In this document: one piece after another, positions 56,370 through 64,000 of the stretch
Position numbering within the stretch: the stretch's first letter is position 1
Layout: every line of letters begins with the position of its first letter
Assembly (NCBI RefSeq): GCF_009914755.1
Contig: NC_060940.1
Reading direction: 5' to 3' (one strand)
Length of the DNA stretch: 64,000 nucleotides
Source of the DNA: the human T2T-CHM13v2.0 reference genome, Homo sapiens
Translations under genes and position numbers: made by a program
The notes under the pieces: generated by a model
Seen by the model: only the letters and a program-made list of their open reading frames with translations
Told to the model about the DNA's origin: nothing
Databases searched by the model: none

Positions 56370-57164
56370 CTAAAATAACAGAGAGGTAATTAAAAACTTT
56401 AATGACATTTTAAAAGCTAAGTTTATATACTTTATCAACTTAATATGTTGTCTGTCCATGTAGAATTAACCCAATTACATGTACTAAGAAACAAGCATCT
56501 TGGGTGCTCAAGGGTTTATCTTTGCAAGTTACCACAAAGGTTAAAAGCAAGGAACAAAAAGGAAGCCTCTTGTCCCACTGTGGTATGACATAAAGTTGCT
56601 AACTTAAAGTCTTTTGATGGGCAAGAAACTATGCTCAGGCCACCTATCTACAGTAGGCAAATTTAAGTGAAAAATTATTCATTTCTTCCCTAGTCTGATA
56701 CTATACATTATAATGCAAAATCAACTAAAGGGTCAGATAATAGCTATCTGCAGGCTTAAAACAATAATATTAATAGGAATGCTAATAGTAGTAGTCGTAG
56801 CTTCAGTTAATGATGCTCATAAGCATGTGCTAGGCATTTAATTAAACACTATATATAAATATATGTATATGGAGGATAATAATATATCCTTCAAGGGTGT
56901 TTGTGTATAAGTAACATAAGTAACATCATATATATATAAAATATAAATATTGTATATTATATATTATCTACAAAATATATAATATACATTATAGATTATT
57001 ATCTATAAAATATATATTGTATATATTATATATGATGTTACTTACATTATCTTCTTACATACATATGTGTGGGTATATATATATTATATATATGCACATA
57101 CTTATATGCTCAGCCATTGTTTCCAAAACATCAGCACCTTGCTCTGTAAGCTGGACATTCTAAC

Positions 57165-57166
<2 letters not shown>

Positions 57167-57222
<56 letters not shown>
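57167..57222. repeat. (TA)28 microsatellite inside a disrupted MIR
   Basis: Direct reading; MIR core (TTTTCACAGAAGAAAAC..CCAAGGTCACACATCTAG) follows. Confidence 0.9.
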
Positions 57223-57224
<2 letters not shown>

Positions 57225-57844
57225 GTTACTTACACACAACCACCCTTGAAGGATATATTATTACCCTCCTTTTCACAGAAGAAAACATACTTGGTGATAA
57301 GTAATGTTACCAAGGTCACACATCTAGCAAGTGGGAAAACTAGGGATTAAATCCAGTCCTGTGTGAACCTAAAGCTTGTTTTCATTAAAGTAAAGTTTTA
57401 TCCATTTAAAGCTATCTTTTCTCCCTCTCCCCATATCAATTAAAAACAACACCAAAACACAGTAGAAATGAAAAACATGAAACCTCTTTAGCTAACATAA
57501 GATCATACAATCAAAAGCATCACATTATTACATTATAAATAACACCACATCATATTACAAATAACAAACATCTATCAATATACAAAGCTTTCTATATATA
57601 GAAGCCTTTTATGTGTATAATGTCTATATAGAGAGACAAATCCTGCTATATACTGTTCTTTATGTTACTCAGTCCAAATAATTGTTTTTCTACCTGTGAT
57701 GATCTGTGTTGATATTTCTCACTATATCCCAATAATTAAAAGTTAGTCTTCTTATTAATATAATATTTGTGACTTGAGTGACCGCTACCACTCTACAATG
57801 ACACTCAGGTTTAAAAACAACACAATAAGAACTAAGGTCTGTAC

Positions 57845-57951
57845 CTGTTAAGACAATTAACTGCATTTATATTTGCATTTTTCTTTAATAAAAATTCCAC
57901 CATTATCAGTTTTCCTAGATGTGCAGCCAGTAAAAGTGGTTGACATTCAAT
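57845..57951 (-). pseudogene. ANKRD36: ANKRD36 ankyrin-repeat exon (107 nt), the 5'-most exon present
   Basis: cag|IECQPLLLAAHLGKLIMVEFLLKKNANINAVNCLNR|gtac. Confidence 0.92.
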
Positions 57952-58685
57952 CTGTAAAACAACAGCAACAATTTATAATCACATAATTACATATTTATCA
58001 ACTGAACTGAAAACCTTATGTAAGATCCTGTGAGCTTAAATATATACAATTGAAAGGACGTAAGAGGTAGTCCCTTTCTTTTCACTCCTCGGTGCTTTTC
58101 TACGTTCTGCTCCTTCCGCTGGAAACAGCCTCCTCTGCCTCACCACAAGAACTCTGGTCATCTCCAAAACTCACTTCAAACATTTCCCAGTTCCAAGAAT
58201 CTTTGCTTCTGTCACAGCATTTAGCATGGCATGTTTCAAGGATTTTATTGTTTCCCACCTGAACCAAGAGCTTCTTGAGGGCAGCAGCTGTATTTTTTTT
58301 CTCTATGTCCTCAAACTCTAAGACACAGTAATAAATGTTTCAGGTATTTTTATAAATGATCTAAATTATTATCTATAGAGCGGTGTTTCTTAAACTATTA
58401 ATATATTCCAAAGGATATTTACTTTACCAGAAGCTCAACATTATACCCCAAAAGAAAGACTTCATGATCACCCATGTTTGAAAAATGTTACAAAACTGTG
58501 CATTTTGTGTCTAGTATTTGAGAAATCTTTTTAACTTCACCTAATCCCTATTTGTAAATACTTATTTTGGAGAACGTTAACATTTGAGAAATGAGAGTTT
58601 CACGGATACAGTTGTGAGAGCTTACCAGTAAAGGTGGAGGTTTCCTCTGGGTGATACACACTTGCCTCATTCTCTTCTAACCATG

Positions 58686-58838
58686 GTGTCAGAATCTCAG
58701 ATGACAACGTCAGGTGCAAGCACCTAATGTTGTCGTCTCAGATTCTGACACGATTGACAGTTCATTTGAAGCCTATCTCTTTTTAATTTGGAGAGCCAGG
58801 CTCTGAATTAATAGAGATAGGCTTCAAATGAACTTTCA
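58686..58838. other. Two adjacent long inverted repeats (hairpins)
   Basis: 58686-58751: 32-nt arms, 28/32 complementary, 2-nt loop. 58759-58834: perfect 22-bp arms plus imperfect inner pairing. Confidence 0.9.
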
Positions 58839-59168
58839 CTGCTTATTATTAAATAGTCCATGGGTTTTCTCTAGTAATATTTTTATCTTAGCTGTCAGAA
58901 AGCTCTGTATGAAATGTTATTCTCAATTACAATCTTAGGACCCTGATGCAAATATTTATGTAATTATAATCTTAGGACCCTGGTACATAATTCCTTAAAA
59001 AAATTATTTGTATTCTAGTTTCCATATTAATTCTTACTTAACTTTTTTATTTTAGGTAAAATATAAATCAGAAATAAAAATACAGTGGCTTATCAATTAA
59101 ACCTCTAATAATGACCTATATGAATTATTTATAGCATAATGAAAGCCACTAAATTATTTGCATCATTC

Positions 59169-59212
<44 letters not shown>

Positions 59213-59288
59213 GAGACGGAGTCTGCACTCCAGCCTCAGCAAAAGAATGAGACTCTGTCTCAAAAAATAATAATAGTAATAATAATAA
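59169..59288. repeat. (ATCT)11 tail of a minus-strand Alu stub fused to a plus-strand Alu 3' end with (TAA)n tail
   Basis: (ATCT)n GAGACGGAGTCT|GCACTCCAGCCT..GACTCTGTCTCAAAAAATAATAAT. Confidence 0.85.
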
Positions 59289-59321
59289 TTTTTAAAATAA
59301 AGAAAAAAGTATTCATGACTC

Positions 59322-59715
59322 TTGTTAAAGACAGGTAGGAAGACCTTATTCCAGGGGGGCTACCACAATGGGGTTTTGCTGTAGGAGAGCGAGATTGGGC
59401 TCAGTCTCACTCTACAAAGGATGAGTAGGATGTACAGTCCAGGAGCAAGGGTGCCGGGTGGGTGGAAAATGACAAAGAGGAGACATTGAGGAGAGGGGAT
59501 GCTTGCTCGGCCAACTCAGCAGGAATCTTCCTGAAAGCAGGCCAGGGTAACAAGATATCGAGAGTGGAGGATGAGGAATTTGATCAAATATTGAGGGTGA
59601 TCCCATAGGATTTTCACTAAACTGACCCAGCAGGACTCTTGTTAAACCTGAACTAAACAAGCCGAGGACAGAGCCTAAGGTCAGCGCCTTGAAGGCTTAG
59701 TGGAGTAGAGTTAGG
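59322..59715 (-). mobile_element. ERV LTR (MER31-like)
   Basis: TGTTAAAGAC..GAGATTGGGCTCA..GGTGGAAAATGACAAAGAGGAGACAT..GGATTTTCACTAAACTGAC. Confidence 0.6.
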
Positions 59716-59767
59716 TCTAGGAGAGGGTCAGTCACCTGACAGCCATCTGATCATAAGAACCAAGTAG

Positions 59768-60295
<528 letters not shown>

Positions 60296-62284
60296 TGACT
60301 TTAACATCTCTCTGCCTCAGTTTCTAACCTGTAAACTAAGGATTGTACTAACTCCTACCTCAAGAACTACCTCCAAGCTTCAGTGAGATTGTGGCTATTG
60401 CCCAGTGCCCACGGACTGTGGGAAATGTCCTGTAGCCATGAGCTACAATCAACCACTGCACACCCTTTCCATCCAAGCGCTCTATGAGATCGGGGAGAAA
60501 ATGGAAACCTATATGGGGTGACCCAAGGAGCTCCCCAGCAAAGCGGGATTGAAGTACAGAGCCAAAAACCAGAGGAGAGTTACCCAAGCATGGCTGGGAT
60601 GTCCTGAGAGGAGCAGGAGCAGACCTTTCATGCCATCTCCAGACCAGGCCCAGGCAGGTAAGAGGGTGAACAGGACCAGGAATTCGCACGACCCCGGGGG
60701 GCCGACAGGAGAACCTGCAGAACCATGGACCCCAGACCTGCAAGACACCAAGATCTGCGCCGGCCCCAAGCACACCCCAAATGCACCTCAACAGGGGCCT
60801 GGCCAGGCCCCTGGACCACTGCCTCGGCTCCTCACTCAGGCCCTGCCTCCCTGGCGGCCCTCTCGAGCCCTACCCCACAGCCAGCTCCTGCTTAAACCTA
60901 GCAATGCCCCCCAGGCCTGCAATTCTATTATCAGCTTGAACTAGGTCCCGCTGAGAGTGACAGGAAACCCAAATAATGGAAATTGCAACCAGGCAGAGTG
61001 TGTTGAATTCTCCCCGGGAGGATGCAGCCTGGAGCTGAGCTACACAGGACGCTGGGAAGCAGGCCCCTTCTGCGCACCATGGCCATCCCCAGGGAGCCCC
61101 TCATCAGGCGGCTTAGGGTGGCTTGCCAGCCAGAGGCATCAGATGGAGGAAAAATCAGAAAAGAAGAGAAGCAACGCTAGCTTCTGGCAAGAGGCTGGGA
61201 CTGGTAGGTGACATTCTCCTTTTGCCCCAGTGGCCAAAATGTGGTCACGTGGCCATGCTTTACTGCAAGGAATGCTGGGAAATGTAGTCTTTCTTCTTTG
61301 CAGCCGTCTTATCATGGAAACAGGGGAGAACGGATAGTAGGGGACAACTAACCAGCTCTGCCACAGCTGAAAATCCAGATTCCGCCATGGCCTACAGGCT
61401 CCTCCTGGCCGACCCCCTCGGGAGCCCGGGTGCCTCCCTTCCTCCATGCCTGGTCCCTCTGCCTGAAGCCTTCCTGCCCTCTCTCCTGGCTCCAAGCATC
61501 CTGTGGGCTTCCCCCAGCGCTGGTGCCAGCAAAGCCCGATCTCCTCTCTCGAGGTCGCCTGCACTCCCCCTGTGCGTGCATCGCAACCTCTGTCCCTGAC
61601 ACACAGGGATCCTTACCCTCCCCAGGGTCTGTGCTCCCCAGGGAGGAGCCGCACCTCTGGGCGCCCTGAGCCCCAGCCCTGCAGGGCAGGCACCCCATGC
61701 GGTGGTTGCAGGCACCCGGCAGTCGCTCCATCCTGGTTTTCGGCCTTTAGTGCACAGAAGCGTGAAGAAGCGGTGGTCACTGGCACGGAGTCCTCCTTGA
61801 GAGTCCGGCCGGGGATCCGTACCAGTGGTCCCTGCCCACCTGGGTTAGGAAAGGCTGACTGGCCTGGGGAGGCTGTGGACGACGTCTGCGGTGTCATGTG
61901 AGTGCCACGGCCATCACTTTGAGACGGCGTCTGCTTGCTGCAGCCAGGCAAAGGTCTTAAGGAAGGCCAAGGCCACTGTCGACAGGTGTGTGGCTCCAGA
62001 TTGAAATTGTGACAATACCCCCAGCCATGCCCTTCCATCTTCCCACCGTGCAATCAGTGCACCACCTCCCACCATGCAATCCAGAGCACCACCTCTCAGC
62101 AAAACCTCCAGGATCCACCTCAAACCCAGCCCCATCCCACAGCCATCACCCTGGTCCGGGCCACCAATAGCTCTTGCTCGGACACAGGCAGTCACCTCTC
62201 CAGGGAGCACCCAGTGTCCCTTCTGCCCTCGTTCTGGTCCGTCCTTCACCCACAAATGGAGAGTGTATTTTAGCATTAGATCAG

Positions 62285-62670
62285 TTCATGTCGCTCTCTC
62301 GCTTAAAACCCGCCCCTGGCTTCCACTGCCTGGCATGAGAATCACCACTGCCTGCCCCACGGGACTGGCCCTGCCACCTGCCCCATGCCCGCTCCCCTAG
62401 CTCATGGTCCCCCAGAGTCACTGGCCTCCACCATCCTCTCAGCCAAACCCCACCAGCCACCACTGCGTGCCACCCACCCACCCCGCCAGCCTCTCCATCA
62501 CGTATTCCTCCTTCCCTTCTTTTGGGAAACTCTTTTCTTCTTGTTTGTTCATTTTATTTTCTGTGTCCCCAACTCGAATGGAGGCCACGCAGAACACTGT
62601 CTGTCTCATTCACTTCTGTGTCCCTGGAACCTAGAACCATGCCTGGCACACAGAACGTGCTTGATAGGTA
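62285..62670 (+). mobile_element. L2 fragment
   Basis: CGCTTAAAACCCGCCCCTGGCTTCC..; CTAGAACCATGCCTGGCACACAGAACGTGCTTGATA is an L2 3'-end motif. Confidence 0.6.
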
Positions 62671-63199
62671 CTGAGACAGAGACATACAGAGAAGGAAAGA
62701 GGGAGAGAGACAGAGAAAGAGAGAGAAAATAAGAGAAGGGGAAGGAGAGATGGCGGAGAGGGAGGGAGAACCGAACGCTGAATCCAGGGGTTCCTCTCCC
62801 ACCCCTCATGTGCCCATGGTAACAAGGGAGTCCCCCTCTTCTGACCCCTTGTTGTCAAAAAGTCCATCAAGCAAGAACGCCCGAGCCCCAGGCCCCCTCT
62901 GAAATTCCCAAGAAGGAAGCACCCCAAGAAGGAAGGCGCGCAGGACGCTGCTCTGGAGCCATCGGGTTCCCAGTCTGCTCACCACGCTCAAGGAGCCCCT
63001 TAACAGGAGCAGGAGGAGAAAAGACACCCAGCCTGGGGTTCCCCCAGGACAAGGCCATGCTGTAACCCAGGCTTGGTCCTGGCCCTGACCGTGGGAAGCC
63101 CACCCCACAGGCCCTCGCCCAGGCAGGCCTGAGGCCCATGCACCGCTAAAGGCCTGGAGAGGGGGTCCCACCGCAGCCTCACCTGGGTCCCCTGGGGTC

Positions 63200-63588
63200 A
63201 GGGTAAGCTGGGACAAAGGGACCACCGGTTGCTATGGGAGAGGGAGAAGGCACAACTTTCCCGGTAGAATGGGCTCCTGCTGTGCTCTGAGCCCTGGGTC
63301 ACTGTCCGCACTCTGGGGAGGGAGGAGAGGAGCCTGGAGCCCCAAGGGCGCGGCTGGCAATAAAGGCAGATGCTCAAGTTGATGCCGTCCCACGCACTTG
63401 AGGCTGGGTCCAGGGGTGGCACTGACACGGCTGGGGAGCCCACTCCGGAGGTATGACCCGGGGATGTGCACAGCCACATTCCAAAGACACACGGGATGAG
63501 ATCAGCCCAGGTGACCCTGGGACTTTGCCCTCTTCGGCAGGAGCCAGCCCTGTGCACCCTGTGTGCCTGTCCATCTGGAAGGCCCAGC
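63200..63588 (+). promoter_or_regulatory. Proximal upstream region / 5' UTR of the ENPP7 paralog
   Basis: Lies directly 5' of the exon-1 ATG; CDX-like GCAATAAA at 63357-63364; HNF4-like GGACTTTGCCC at 63520-63530 (motif matches only). Confidence 0.5.
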
Positions 63589-63841
63589 ATGAGAGGCCCG
63601 ACCGTCCTCCTCACTGTGGCTCTGCCCACGCTCCTGGCTCCCAGGGCCGGGGCACCGGTACAAAGTCAGGGCTCCCGGAACAAGCTGCTCCTGGTGTCCT
63701 TCGACAGCTTCCGCTGGAACTACGAGCAGGACGTGGACACCCCCAACCTGGACGCCATGGCCCGAGATGGGGTGAAGGCACGCTACATGACCCCCGCCTT
63801 TGTCACCATGACCAGCCCCTGCCACTTCACCCTGGTCACCG
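63589..63841 (+). pseudogene. ENPP7: ENPP7 (alkaline sphingomyelinase) paralog, coding exon 1; probably an ENPP7P duplicate that continues beyond the window
   Basis: 253-nt ATG..ACC G|gtgagt; MRGPTVLLTVALPTLLAPRAGAPVQSQGSRNKLLLVSFDSFRWNYEQDVDTPNLDAMARDGVKARYMTPAFVTMTSPCHFTLVTG with signal peptide and the ENPP7-specific TMTSPCH motif; several differences from recalled ENPP7 and a duplicon context. Confidence 0.9.
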
Positions 63842-64000
63842 GTGAGTACTGCCCCAGGATGGGGCCTGGGGGTGGGAGGGCCTGAGAAAATAGGTGGCAC
63901 AGAGCCCTGTCGTGCAGGAAAAAGGGGAGAGGTCCTTGCTCCATGCACAGGACACAGCCAAGGGGAACATTAGGAATACCTCACCGTTGGTAGCAACAGA

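Noticed and set aside
60360-63500. Dense ORFs upstream of ENPP7 exon 1
   Set aside because: GC-rich non-coding DNA with overlapping ORFs on both strands and no homology; the 63466 ORF is real only from ATG 63589 to the donor at 63841

Overview
Primate (very probably human) genomic DNA with no complete protein-coding gene; the window is a mosaic of segmental-duplication blocks. (1) 1-9.2 kb: an interstitial subtelomere-type block. It has a TAR1-like CpG island (29-bp and ~46-bp repeats), G-rich subtelomeric-type satellite split by an L1, and a ~3.6-kb degenerate (CCCTG/CAGGG)n array that flips polarity at its end. (2) ~9.2-17 kb: old interspersed repeats and AT-rich DNA. (3) ~17.0-59.2 kb: an unprocessed ANKRD36-family pseudogene on the minus strand, truncated at both ends. 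I could reconstruct 19 AG/GT-bounded exons, including five ~1.88-kb tandem units that each carry the 29+73-nt exon pair. It has two 1-bp frameshifts, one nonsense codon and internal exon losses. (4) 59.2-64 kb: an ENPP7 (alkaline sphingomyelinase) paralog with its upstream region and an intact coding exon 1 on the plus strand, joined to the ANKRD36 block at an Alu/Alu hybrid. The combination suggests a pericentromeric duplication zone such as 16p11.2 (ENPP7P13 region); this placement is inference and was not checked. Most ORFs in the supplied track are artefacts of GC-rich satellite, Alu or L1. The best unexplained signals are two adjacent pre-miRNA-sized hairpins at 58.69-58.84 kb and a nested inverted duplication around a (TA)28 tract at 56.87-57.27 kb. 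I see no firm evidence of a wholly new biological system. Gene and repeat-family names come from recalled sequences, not from database searches.
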